A DNA stretch of 64,000 nt from positions 704,001 to 768,000 of the forward strand of contig CAVSGM010000002.1 of the NCBI GenBank assembly GCA_963727485.1, given 5' to 3'. This document shows, piece after piece, positions 10,061 through 19,368 of this stretch. The notes below the pieces were generated by a model, which had not been told where the DNA came from, made no database searches, and worked only from the letters and a program-made list of their open reading frames with translations. The stretch comes from an uncultured delta proteobacterium. GTDB lineage: Bacteria > Myxococcota > Myxococcia > SLRQ01. A program made the translations under genes and the position numbers. The first letter of the stretch is position 1. Every line of letters starts with the position of its first letter.

Positions 10061-10752
10061 TCGCCAGCCTCGCCCGGGCCGCGGCGGCGGCCCCCGCGGT
10101 CGACCTCGCCGGCGCCCACCCGGCGGCGCCGGACCCGGCGCTCCTGAAACGCATCCTCGCCGAGAAGGCCCTGGCCCACGCCCACGACACCACCGGGGCG
10201 CTGCTGGCCTTCCTCCGGGCCGTGGAGCACTTCTTCGGGCGCATCTTCGGGAGCCAGGCGGCGCTCTCCACCGCCTCGGTGACCCGGGTGGTGTTCTTCG
10301 TCGCCGTGGGCGCCTTGGCCCTCTGGCTCCTGGCCCGGATGCTCCGGCGCCTGAAGCCCACGTCCCGGCGCGCCGCCGCCGTCGCCGGGGAGACCGACGC
10401 CCCGGCCCGCCTCGACGCCCCCGAGGACCACCTCGCCGCCGCCCGGGCCGCCCGCGCCGGGGGCGACCTGCGCGGCGCCATGCGCCAGCACCTCCTCGCC
10501 GCCCTCTCGGGCCTCGAGGCCGCGGGCCGGGTCGCCTACGGCCGCCACCGCACCAACCGCGAGTACGTCCGGGACCTCGAGGCCACCGGCGGCGCCGACC
10601 CCACCCTCGCCGCGGCCTTCTCCGCCCTGGTCGACGCCTACGATCGGCGGTTCTACGGCCTCCTCCCGGTGGACCCGGCGGGCCTCGACGCGGTGGCCGC
10701 CGCCGCCGGCGAGGTCCTGGCACACACCGGCGGGAAGCGGCGGGCGGCGTGA
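10057..10752 (+). CDS. DUF4129-domain membrane protein
   Basis: TM helix followed by GDLRGAMR...RTNREYVRDL...YDRRFYG. Confidence 0.7.
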   Translation: MIASLARAAAAAPAVDLAGAHPAAPDPALLKRILAEKALAHAHDTTGALLAFLRAVEHFFGRIFGSQAALSTASVTRVVFFVAVGALALWLLARMLRRLKPTSRRAAAVAGETDAPARLDAPEDHLAAARAARAGGDLRGAMRQHLLAALSGLEAAGRVAYGRHRTNREYVRDLEATGGADPTLAAAFSALVDAYDRRFYGLLPVDPAGLDAVAAAAGEVLAHTGGKRRAA

Positions 10753-11937
10753 GGCGGGGGCTGGGCACCGCCGCCGTGATCGCGGCGATCCTCGGGACCA
10801 CGGCCCTGTCCCTGGTCATCGAGCGGAGCACCCGCAACCGCACCCTCGACCCCACCCCGGCCACCGACAACGGCGACCCCCGGGGCCTGCTCGCCGCCTA
10901 CCGCTACCTGGAGGACCGGGGCGTCCCCGTCGAGCGCGTCGACGCGGACTTCCTCGCCGCGTTGGAGGGCCAGGGCGTCCTGGTCATCGCCGCCCCGGTG
11001 GCGCGGGTCTACTCGGAGCACGAGGCCCGGGCCGTCGCCGACTTCGCCCGGCGCGGGGGCGTGGTGGTGGTCGCCGCGCCCACCGGGCGGTCCCTCGCGG
11101 CCGTGCAGCCCGCCCTCGCCGGGGACCTCGGGGCCCACGCCGTCGCCGCCGACGACCCCCTGCCCACGGTCGGCGCCAAAGGGCCGCGACCCGTCGACGC
11201 CGGTGGAGGTCGTCGCCGCCGATCCCCTGGTGGGCGGCGCCCGCAAGCTGGTGGGCCGGGTGGCCCTGGGCGCCACCCTCGACCACGGCACCGTCCTCGC
11301 CCGGACCGGCGACCTCCCGGTCATCAGCCGCCGGGACCTCGGCGCCGGGCGGGTCTACCTGCTCTCCACGCCGACCCTCCTGGAGAACCACCGCCTCGAC
11401 CTCGCCGGCGACCTCTGGCTCCTCGAGGGCCTCCGGGCCCTGGCCCGGGCCACCGGCGGCGCGGTGCGCTTCGACGAGGTCCACCACCACCTCGCGGCGG
11501 GCGCCGGCGCCGCGTCGATCCTCGGAGAGCCGCCGCTCATGGCCGCGGGGATCCAGCTCCTGCTGGTGGGCGCCCTGGTGCTCCTGGCGCTGGGCCGCCG
11601 CTTCGGCCCGGTGCGCTCCCTGGAGACCGACGCCCGGCGCTCCACCCTCGAGTACGTGGACACCCTCGCCGCCCTCTACCGCCAGACCGGCGACGAGGTG
11701 GGCCTCTGCGCCGCGGTGCATGCCGATCTGCGAAGGCGCCTGGTGGTGACCCACGGCATCCCCGAGTCCCTCGACGACGCCACCGTGGCCCGGCGCCTCG
11801 CGGCCCGCACCGACCTCACCGAGGCCGACGCCCGGGCGCTCCTGGCGCCCTTCGCCGCCCCGACCCCGGCGCTTCTGCCCTGCGTCCAGGCCGCCGCCGA
11901 CCTCGAGGCTCGCCTCGCCGGGCGGGATCTGGGATAG
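10749..11937 (+). CDS. DUF4350-domain protein (+1 frameshift at ~11179, probably a sequencing error)
   Basis: N-part [12 protein letters not shown]. Removing one A from AAA (11178-11180) joins it to GAGRVYLL...LEN...FDEVHH...GRRFGP...[10 protein letters not shown]. Confidence 0.7.
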
Positions 11938-11947
11938 ATCGCCGACG

Positions 11948-12901
11948 ATGGAGACCGACCACAGCCCCGCCGCCGTCCACGCCGCCCTCCTCGAGACCCT
12001 GGACCGGGTGGTCGTGGGCCAGGCGGACGCCGTCGCCGAGCTCGCCGTCGCCGTGGTCGCCGGCGGCCACGTCCTCCTCGAGGGCGTCCCCGGCGTCGCC
12101 AAGACCCTGCTGGCCAAGGCCCTGGCCCGGTGCCTCTCGCTCGACTTCAAGCGGGTCCAGTTCACCCCCGACCTCATGCCCTCGGACATCACCGGGACCT
12201 CGGTCTTCCGCCCGGCCACCGGCACCTTCGAGCTCTCCCGGGGGCCGATCTTCACCGAGATCCTCCTGGCCGACGAGGTGAACCGGACCCCGCCCAAGAC
12301 CCAGGCCGCCCTCCTCGAGGCCATGGAGGAGCGCCAGGTCACCATCGACGGGGTGACCCACGACCTGGGGCCGGACTTCACGGTCATCGCCACCCAGAAC
12401 CCCCTGGAGTACGAGGGCACCTACCCGCTCCCCGAGGCCCAGACCGACCGGTTCCTGCTGAAGATCGTCATCGGCTACCCCGAGGCGGAGGCGGAGAAGG
12501 CGATCCTGGCGCGGCACCACGCGGGCTTCGATCCCCACGACCTCTCGGGCCTGGCCCCGGTCGCCGACCGGGAGACCCTCCACGCCCTGCGCGCCGCCGC
12601 CCGGGCGGTGAAGGTCGAGGACACCCTCTTCGCCTACGTGACCCGCCTCGCCCGGGCCACCCGCGCCTCCGGGCGCCTCCGCCTCGGGGCCTCGCCCCGG
12701 GCCGCGGTGGCGCTCCTGGCCGCCGCCAAGGCCCGCGCGGCGCTCGCCGGCCAGGGCTACCTCACCCCCGACGAGGTGAAGTCCGTCGCCCTCCCGGTGC
12801 TCCGCCACCGCCTGGTCCTCAAGCCCGAGGCCGAGGTCGAGGGCCTCACCGTGGACGACGTGATCGAGGGCCTCCTCGACGAGGTGGAGGTCCCGAGGTA
12901 G
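11948..12901 (+). CDS. moxR: MoxR-family AAA+ ATPase
   Basis: [65 protein letters not shown]. Confidence 0.95.
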   Translation: METDHSPAAVHAALLETLDRVVVGQADAVAELAVAVVAGGHVLLEGVPGVAKTLLAKALARCLSLDFKRVQFTPDLMPSDITGTSVFRPATGTFELSRGPIFTEILLADEVNRTPPKTQAALLEAMEERQVTIDGVTHDLGPDFTVIATQNPLEYEGTYPLPEAQTDRFLLKIVIGYPEAEAEKAILARHHAGFDPHDLSGLAPVADRETLHALRAAARAVKVEDTLFAYVTRLARATRASGRLRLGASPRAAVALLAAAKARAALAGQGYLTPDEVKSVALPVLRHRLVLKPEAEVEGLTVDDVIEGLLDEVEVPR

Positions 12902-12903
12902 CC

Positions 12904-14211
12904 GTGGTCCCCTCCCGGCGCTTCGTGCTGCTGGCGGCCGCGGGGCTGGTGCCGCTGGTCCTGGGCCTGGTGTGGGGGCCGGGGGTGGCGCTCGGCGTGG
13001 CCTGGGACCTGGGGCTGGCGGTGCTCCTCGGCGTCGACCTGGCCCTGGCGCCCCGGCCGGCGCGCCTCGAGGTGACCCGCGAGGTCGAGGACGTCCTCTC
13101 CATCGGCGCGCCGGCGACGGTGCTGCTGCGCCTCCGGTGGCGCGGCCGGCGCCGGGCGAGGGTGCGGCTGGTGGACGCGCCCCCCGAGGGCTTCACGGTC
13201 ACCGGCGCGACGGGCAGCCTGGTCCTGCCGGCCGGGGCCGAGGGCCGGCACCGCTACCGGGTGGTGCCCCACCACCGGGGCGAGCACCGCTTCGGCGACC
13301 TCCACCTGCGCCTCGAGGGCCCCCTGGGCCTGGCGCTCCGCCAGCACCGGGTGCCGCTGGCCCAGGCGGTACGCGTCTACCCCGACGTCACCGCGCTGAT
13401 GCGCGACGAACGGGCCCTCCTGGCCGCGCGGACCCTCGGGGCGCGTCGCCTGCCCCGGCGGGCCCAGGGCGGCCGGGAGTTCGACCGCCTGCGCGAGTAC
13501 GTCGCCGGCGACGACGTGCGCCACCTCGACTGGAAGGCCACCGCCCGCCGCGGCCAGCCGGTGACCCGGGAGTACCGCCCGGAGCAGAACCAGGACGTCA
13601 TCCTGATGCTCGACTGCGGGCGCCACATGCGCCCGAAGGTCGACGCCCAGACCAAGCTCGACCACGCGGTCTCCGCGGCCCTGACCCTCGCCGGGGTCGC
13701 CCTCTCGCGCGGGGACCGGGTGGGCCTGGTCGCCTTCGGCCACTCGGTCGACGCCTGGCTCCCCCCGCGCAAGGGCCGGGACCAGCTCCTGCGCATCGTC
13801 GACGCCCTCTACCCGGTGGAGGCCAGCCTCGCCGAGGCCGACTACCACGCCGCCTACGACGCCCTGGGCCGCCGGGCCCTGCGCCGGGCCCTCATCGTGA
13901 CCTTCACCGACCTCCTCGACGAGGACGCCAGCCGGGTGCTCCTCGCCCGCACCGAGCGCCTCCGGCCCCGGCACCTGCCGCTGGTGGTCACCGTGGCTGA
14001 CGGGGGGCTGGCGAAGGTGGCTCACGGGCGCCCCGACGATCGCGAGGGGGCGCTGCGCCACGTGGCCGCGGCCAGGGTGCTCCGGGATCGCGAGGCCACG
14101 GTCCGGCGCCTGGCCCTCGGGGGCGCCCTGGTGGTCGACGTCCCCGCCGAGGACCTCACCGCCGCGACCGTGAGCCGGTACCTCGAGGTGAAGGCGAGCG
14201 GGCGGCTCTGA
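12904..14211 (+). CDS. DUF58 (vWA-like) protein
   Basis: EFDRLREYVAGDDVRHLDWKATARR, LMLDCGRHM, GDRVGLVAF. Confidence 0.9.
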   Translation: MVPSRRFVLLAAAGLVPLVLGLVWGPGVALGVAWDLGLAVLLGVDLALAPRPARLEVTREVEDVLSIGAPATVLLRLRWRGRRRARVRLVDAPPEGFTVTGATGSLVLPAGAEGRHRYRVVPHHRGEHRFGDLHLRLEGPLGLALRQHRVPLAQAVRVYPDVTALMRDERALLAARTLGARRLPRRAQGGREFDRLREYVAGDDVRHLDWKATARRGQPVTREYRPEQNQDVILMLDCGRHMRPKVDAQTKLDHAVSAALTLAGVALSRGDRVGLVAFGHSVDAWLPPRKGRDQLLRIVDALYPVEASLAEADYHAAYDALGRRALRRALIVTFTDLLDEDASRVLLARTERLRPRHLPLVVTVADGGLAKVAHGRPDDREGALRHVAAARVLRDREATVRRLALGGALVVDVPAEDLTAATVSRYLEVKASGRL

Positions 14212-14240
14212 GGGCGGGCGACCCGGACGCGTGCCGGGTC

Positions 14241-14348
14241 CCGGCGTGTCCGGCGTGTCCGGCGTGTCCGGCGTGTCCGGCGTGTCCGGCGTGTCCGGCG
14301 TGTCCGGCGTGTCCGGCGTGTCCGGCGGGTCCGGCGGGTCCGGCGGGT
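14241..14348. repeat. 9-bp tandem repeat: 9 x CCGGCGTGT followed by 3 x CCGGCGGGT
   Basis: Counted directly: 12 contiguous units with no spacers. Confidence 0.97.
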
Positions 14349-14545
14349 CCGCGGCGACGGTCTCCGCGGTGCGACCGAGCGCTTGGTGCGCTTTCGATAT
14401 CGGCACCGCGAAGCTCTCGCCTGCGAGCCAGCCGGCATCGACGGGCGTCGCGGGGCCGACCCGGCGACCCAGACCACTCGGCGCCCGCATCACGCCCCTG
14501 GCCCGCCCGCCGGCACCGGTCGCCCGAAGCCATCGTCCCCGGAGA

Positions 14546-14580
14546 CGCCAAATGGCAGCCATTTCAGCTGCCGCCTGGCG
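14546..14580. repeat. REP-like inverted pair upstream of the RAYT gene (CGCCAAATGGCAGC / CGCCAGGCGGCAGC)
   Basis: 14546-14559 on plus and 14567-14580 on minus, separated by 7 nt. Confidence 0.6.
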
Positions 14581-14659
14581 CATCCTCCCCACGGCCGACT
14601 GTCAGACCCACGCCCTAGAATAGTGCCGTTTCATGATCCCGAAGCCAACGAGGAGCGCC

Positions 14660-15364
14660 ATGTCGCGTCCACCGAACGCTCGGAGTCTCCGCGGTCCCCG
14701 CCAGCTCGGACTCGACCTGCGCACCTGGGGTGGCCGTCGCCGGGGCGCGGGCCGCAAGCCCCGGGACGCCCGGGCCGGGGTCTCCCACGGGAGCCGCCCT
14801 CCCGTGGCCTCGGGCCACCCGGTCCACGTCACCCTCAGGGTGCGCCGGCACGTGTTCAACCTTCGGGCCCGGCGGTGCCAGCGGGTCCTCGAGGCCGCGT
14901 TCACCGCCGCGCGCGAGCGCAACGGCCTGCGCCTGGTCCACTACTCGGTCCAGGGCAACCACCTGCACCTGCTGGTCGAGGCGCAGGGCCGAACCTCGCT
15001 GTCGCGGGGCATGCAGGGGCTGACCATCCGCCTGGCGCGGGCACTCAACCGGGTAATGGGGCGCCGGGGGAAGGTCTTCGCCGACCGGTTCCACGGGCAC
15101 GTGCTGCGTTCACCTCGCGAGGTGCGCAACGCCCTGCGCTACGTCCTCGGCAACGCGCAGCGGCACGGCACCTGGCGGCGCGCGGAACGCCGGGGGCCCC
15201 TCTTCGACCCCTGCGCCTCCGGGCGGTTCTTCGACGGCTGGCGTGGACCCCTGCCGGCCACCGCGGCGCTGGCGGAGCCCGGTCACGGCAGCCCGGTGAG
15301 TCCCCCGCGAACCTGGCTGCTCCGCGTGGGGTGGCGGCGCGGCGGGCTCATCCCGGTGCCGTGA
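14660..15364 (+). mobile_element. REP-associated tyrosine transposase (RAYT; Y1 HUH, IS200/605 superfamily)
   Basis: PVHVTLR, HYSVQGNHLHLLVE (HUH), GKVFADRFH, ALRYVLGN (catalytic Tyr). RBS AGGAG before ATG 14660. No tnpB nearby. Confidence 0.85.
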
Positions 15365-15446
15365 TCGTCCACCGAGGTCGCAGCCGGCACGCCGGGCCGC
15401 AGACGCCGGCGATCCCTGCGCCGCCGCGCCAGGGATCCCCGACCCG

Positions 15447-15483
15447 CGCCAGGTGGCAGCCTCACCCGACGCCAGATGGCAGC
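15447..15483 (+). repeat. Two direct REP-like copies downstream of the RAYT gene (CGCCAGGTGGCAGC, CGCCAGATGGCAGC)
   Basis: 15447-15460 and 15470-15483; same consensus as the upstream pair. Confidence 0.6.
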
Positions 15484-15524
15484 CTTATCCGGCCTCGGCG
15501 GCCGTCACGCAGCCCCGCCGAGTC

Positions 15525-16526
15525 TCACGCGGCCCCGGCGTCCTCGTCCGGGGCCGGCGCCTCCCCCGCCGACCGCGCCAGGAGCCACTCGGCCATGGGC
15601 GTGAACACCTTCTGCTCCGCCTCGTGGCTCACGAAGAGGTCGGCGTGGGCGAACCAGGCCTCGGCGTCGCCCACCTCCAGGACGTCCACGGAGCCCGGGG
15701 CGAAGACCTGCTTCACCGAGAGCACCGCCTCCGGGGGCACGATGCCGTCGGCGTTGGCCACCACGCAGAGGGTGGGCAGCGCCAGGTTCGCCAGGTCCCA
15801 GGTCACCACCTGGCCGTCGACCACCAGCTCCCGATCCCGGACCCAGTGGGCGATCTGCCGGTTGAGGTGGGGGTGCGGGTCCTCCACGGTCTGGACCAGC
15901 TCGTCGGTGAGGTCGATCTGCGAGGCGTTCATGTAGAGGGCGAGCACCGCCGGGAAGCGCCGGGCCAGCGGTAGCACCGCACGGGCGAGGCGCCGGGTCC
16001 CGCGCATGGGCACCCGGCCGATGATCCCGGGGCTGACGGCGAGCAGCTTGAGCAGCGGGTGCACCCGGTCCCAGCGCAGCGGCCCGCCGAGGCTCACCAG
16101 CGACGCCAGGTCGTGGTCTTCGCGGTGGCGCGCGAGCCAGGCGTAGAGGAGGGTCGCCCCGAGGCTGGCGCCGATGGCGTGGAGCTGGTCCCGGCGGCTC
16201 CCGGTCTCGTTGCGCACCAGCTCCAGGACCCGGGGAAGGTCCACCAGGGCCAGCTCCCGGAAGCCGATCTGCCGGCTCCCGCTCCGGCGCCGCGAGCCGC
16301 CCTGCCCCCGGAGGTTCGAGGTCCACACCTCGAAGCCACGGCCGGCGAGGTACTCCACCAGCGACGCGCCCCGGGGGTGGAAGCCGAGGACGAAGCTGTT
16401 CATCCCGTAGCCGGGGACGATGAGGATCGGCGGGAGCTCGGGATCGAAGGCGGCGGGATCCTGGTGGCGCGCGACGTCGAGGTCCCAGCCCTGGCCGTTG
16501 TCGGGGGCGAAGGTGCGGGTGTCCAT
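15525..16526 (-). CDS. Alpha/beta hydrolase (lipase or PHA-synthase-like)
   Basis: [21 protein letters not shown], nucleophile elbow GASLG, DGIVP, C-terminal HADLF. Confidence 0.85.
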   Translation of the reverse strand: MDTRTFAPDNGQGWDLDVARHQDPAAFDPELPPILIVPGYGMNSFVLGFHPRGASLVEYLAGRGFEVWTSNLRGQGGSRRRSGSRQIGFRELALVDLPRVLELVRNETGSRRDQLHAIGASLGATLLYAWLARHREDHDLASLVSLGGPLRWDRVHPLLKLLAVSPGIIGRVPMRGTRRLARAVLPLARRFPAVLALYMNASQIDLTDELVQTVEDPHPHLNRQIAHWVRDRELVVDGQVVTWDLANLALPTLCVVANADGIVPPEAVLSVKQVFAPGSVDVLEVGDAEAWFAHADLFVSHEAEQKVFTPMAEWLLARSAGEAPAPDEDAGAA

Positions 16527-16580
16527 GCCGGCGTCCATCATCGCACACCCCCCACGCCGACCTCCCCTGCTTTCGCGCGG

Positions 16581-16786
16581 ACCCGGAAGCGCCGGAGGGG
16601 CCTTCCCCTCCGAGCGCCAGGTGAGGCGCGGCCGGCACGTCGTCCGCGGCGACAAGGAGCTCCTGGAGAAGCTCGGCCGCAACGCCCCCTGCCCCTGCGG
16701 GTCCTGGCGCCGCTTTCGAGCGCTGCTGCCTGCGCTCCAGCCGCTTCGACGGGGCGCTGCGCGACGACTCCCACCGGGAGCGGTGA
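16581..16786 (+). pseudogene. Small SEC-C (zinc-binding) motif protein, interrupted by two +1 shifts
   Basis: TRKRRRG / [38 protein letters not shown] / [11 protein letters not shown]...* in three successive frames. No clear start codon. Confidence 0.55.
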
Positions 16787-16931
16787 ACGCGGCCGGCGGG
16801 CGCGCGGGGGGGGGCCGCAGCAGCTCGACCCCGGCGCCAGCCTCGTCCCGGTCCCCGCCAACCGGCTGCCCCCCCCGGCGCCCTTGCGGCCTCGGGCCCG
16901 GGGGGCATCCTGCCCTGCGGAGGTGACCCCC

Positions 16932-17213
16932 ATGCGCGCGACCTGGCACGGCAAGACCCTCGCCGAGAGCGACGACACCGTCGTGGTCGAGGGCAACCAC
17001 TACTTCCCCCGGGACGCGGTGGACCCGGCGGTCCTCCGCCCGAGCGAGCACCACAGCGTCTGCCCCTGGAAGGGCCAGGCGAGCTACTTCGACGTGGTGG
17101 TGGACGGCGAGGCCAACGAGAGCGCCTGCTGGACCTACGAGGATCCCAAGCCCGCCGCCGACGAGATCCGCGGCCGGGTGGCCTTCTGGAAGGGCGTGGT
17201 CGTCGCGCCCTGA
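16932..17213 (+). CDS. DUF427 protein
   Basis: AESDDTVVVEGNHYFP, SVCPWKGQASY, WTYEDPKPAA..I.GRVAFW. Confidence 0.9.
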   Translation: MRATWHGKTLAESDDTVVVEGNHYFPRDAVDPAVLRPSEHHSVCPWKGQASYFDVVVDGEANESACWTYEDPKPAADEIRGRVAFWKGVVVAP

Positions 17214-17224
17214 GGCGGCCCCGC

Positions 17225-18157
17225 CTAGACCTTGAGCCGCAGCGCCCCGGGGACGATGCGCACGGTCACCGGCAGGCGCCCGGGCTGCTCGCCGTCGAGG
17301 TCGAGGAGCACCGTCTCCTCGCTCGTCGCCTCGACCACCTTCGCCCGGAGCGTGCGGGTGCGCGGGTCGTCGACGTGGCTGCCGTCGTAGACCATCTTCG
17401 ACTTGAGGGCGAAGTCGGTGAGGGTGTAGCCGCGCCAGATGGTCACGTCGAAGAGGCCGTCGTCCATCTCGGCCTTGGGCGCCACCTGCATCCCCCCGCC
17501 GAAGAACCGGCCGTTGCACACCGCGACGCTGGTGACCGCGACGGTCTCCGGCTCGCCGCCGTCGAAGCGCAGGGTGACGGTCTGGTCCCGGTAGCCGAGC
17601 AGCGCCTTCACCGAGCCCCACATGAACGAGACCCGGCCCCCGAGCGCCTTGCTCGAGTGGTTGACCTTGTCGACGACCTGCCCGCCGATGCCAAACGAGG
17701 TGATGTTGATGAACGGCCGCAGGTGCTCGGCGCCGTCGTGGCCGACATAGGTCACCAGGCCCGCGTCCACGCGCTTGGTCTCCCGGCCGGCCAGCCGCGC
17801 GCAGGCCCCGGCGATCTCGGTGGAGACGCCCACGGTGCGCCGGAGGTCGCCGCCGGTCCCCTGGGGGATGAGGCCGAGGACCGCGTCGGGGTTGACCGGC
17901 GTCTCCCCGTCGAAGAAGCCGCCGACCACCTCGTTGAAGGTGCCGTCGCCGCCGACCCCGACGATCATCTCGTAGCCCTTGCCCAGCGCCTCCCGGGCGA
18001 GCTCGGTGGCGTGCTCCGGGCCCTTGGTGAAGGCGTGGTCGAAGGCGCCCACCGCGGCGCGGACCTGCTCGGCGATGCGGTGGAAGCGCTTGCCGGTGGC
18101 CCCGCCGGCGGCCTTGGGGTTGACCACCAGGAAGGTCTTGAAGTGCTCGGCGCTCAC
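17225..18157 (-). CDS. Diacylglycerol-kinase-family lipid kinase (YegS/DgkB-like)
   Basis: VVNPKAAGG, VGGDGTFNEV, PQGTGGD, NGRFFGGG, LDGE. Confidence 0.9.
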   Translation of the reverse strand: MSAEHFKTFLVVNPKAAGGATGKRFHRIAEQVRAAVGAFDHAFTKGPEHATELAREALGKGYEMIVGVGGDGTFNEVVGGFFDGETPVNPDAVLGLIPQGTGGDLRRTVGVSTEIAGACARLAGRETKRVDAGLVTYVGHDGAEHLRPFINITSFGIGGQVVDKVNHSSKALGGRVSFMWGSVKALLGYRDQTVTLRFDGGEPETVAVTSVAVCNGRFFGGGMQVAPKAEMDDGLFDVTIWRGYTLTDFALKSKMVYDGSHVDDPRTRTLRAKVVEATSEETVLLDLDGEQPGRLPVTVRIVPGALRLKV

Positions 18158-19368
18158 GGGATCTCCATGCCCAGGTAGGCGGCGACGACGTCCACGAGGT
18201 CCAGGGCGCGGGCGCCCGCGTCCCGGAACCGACCCTCGCACGTGGGGCAGGCGGTGACGATGATCTTCTCGCCGGCGGGCGCCTCCCCGGGGATCCCCGA
18301 GGAGGTGCCCGTGAGGTCGGCGACCCGGGCCCGGGTGATGGCGTCGGCGGTCTGGGGGCTGGTGTCCGGGAGGAGCCCGCCGCCGCCGGAGCAGTAGCCG
18401 TGCGCGCCCATGAACGGCGCCGCCTCGCCCAGGGGCCGCTTCGAGAGGTGGCGCACCAGCTCCCGGGGCGCCTCGGTCTTCCCCAGGTGCCGGCCGAGGT
18501 AGCAGGGGTCGTGGTAGACGAGGTCGAGATCCAGCGGCGGCGCCGTGGGCGCGTGGCGCAGGGCCGGGCGCAGCAGGTCCACCAGGTGCCCCACCGTCTT
18601 CGCCGGGGGGTCGATGCCGGCGATCTCGGGATAGGCCACCTGCAGGGTCCAGGCGCACTCCGGGGAGCCGGTGAACACCGCCCGGGCCCCGTCGAGGGCG
18701 CCTTCGACCTTGCGCGCCTGGGCCCGGAAGCCCTCGAGGTCGCCTGCGGCCAGCAGCGGGTAGCCGCAGCACTGGACCTCGCCGGCGTAGACGACCAGGT
18801 CCGCCTCCCCGAGGCGGTCGGCCACCGCCAGGGTCCGCTCGACGAGGTCCGGCCGGTGGTGGAGGGTGTCGCAGCCGGCCCAGAGGACCCGCCGGCCCCG
18901 GCCGAGGATCGCCGGCACCCGCCCCCGGTCCCGGCGCACCGGCCCCCGGGTCCCGACCTTCCGGTCGTCGGGGAGGGCGTCGAGGGGGCCGCGGAGGTCG
19001 ACGCCGTAGGGGTTCCCCGAGTCGCGGAACCGCCCCAGGAGCGCCTCGACCTCCGGGAGCACCGTGCCACGCTCCACCGCCACCGCCCGGGCGGCGAAGA
19101 GGGACCGGCCCACGGCGTTCTCGTGCTCGCAGAAGGTGGTGCACAGCCCGCAGCCCAGGCACTTGTAGAAGAGCGCCGTGGTGTCGGCGTCGGCCTCGAG
19201 ATCGCCGGTGCGCAGCTGCCCCGCCGCGGCGTTCTTCTCGCGCGGGGTCACCGCCTCGTCGCGGTCGGCGTTGGAGACCGGGCAGGCGTGGTGGCACAGC
19301 CGCGGGCAGAGCTGGCAGTTGCGCTGCTCTACGTCGTGGGCCTCGAGGGCGGCCTCGGCGACCGTCAC
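18154..19368 (-). CDS. (Fe-S)-binding protein, GlpC/HdrD-like (4Fe-4S plus two CCG domains)
   Basis: CQLCPRLCHHACP, CLGCGLCTTFC, CCGYP, YHDPCYLGR, CSGGGG, TACPTC. Confidence 0.88.
   Translation of the reverse strand: MTVAEAALEAHDVEQRNCQLCPRLCHHACPVSNADRDEAVTPREKNAAAGQLRTGDLEADADTTALFYKCLGCGLCTTFCEHENAVGRSLFAARAVAVERGTVLPEVEALLGRFRDSGNPYGVDLRGPLDALPDDRKVGTRGPVRRDRGRVPAILGRGRRVLWAGCDTLHHRPDLVERTLAVADRLGEADLVVYAGEVQCCGYPLLAAGDLEGFRAQARKVEGALDGARAVFTGSPECAWTLQVAYPEIAGIDPPAKTVGHLVDLLRPALRHAPTAPPLDLDLVYHDPCYLGRHLGKTEAPRELVRHLSKRPLGEAAPFMGAHGYCSGGGGLLPDTSPQTADAITRARVADLTGTSSGIPGEAPAGEKIIVTACPTCEGRFRDAGARALDLVDVVAAYLGMEIP

Noticed and set aside
14241..14348. Possible CRISPR array or coding repeat (PDT/GVS/RRT)
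   Set aside because: The units are 9 bp with no spacers and there are no cas genes. The overlapping ORFs have no credible start or protein-like content.
14660..15364. Autonomous IS200/IS605 element with TnpB
   Set aside because: There is no tnpB, and the protein length and motifs fit RAYT better than IS200 TnpA.
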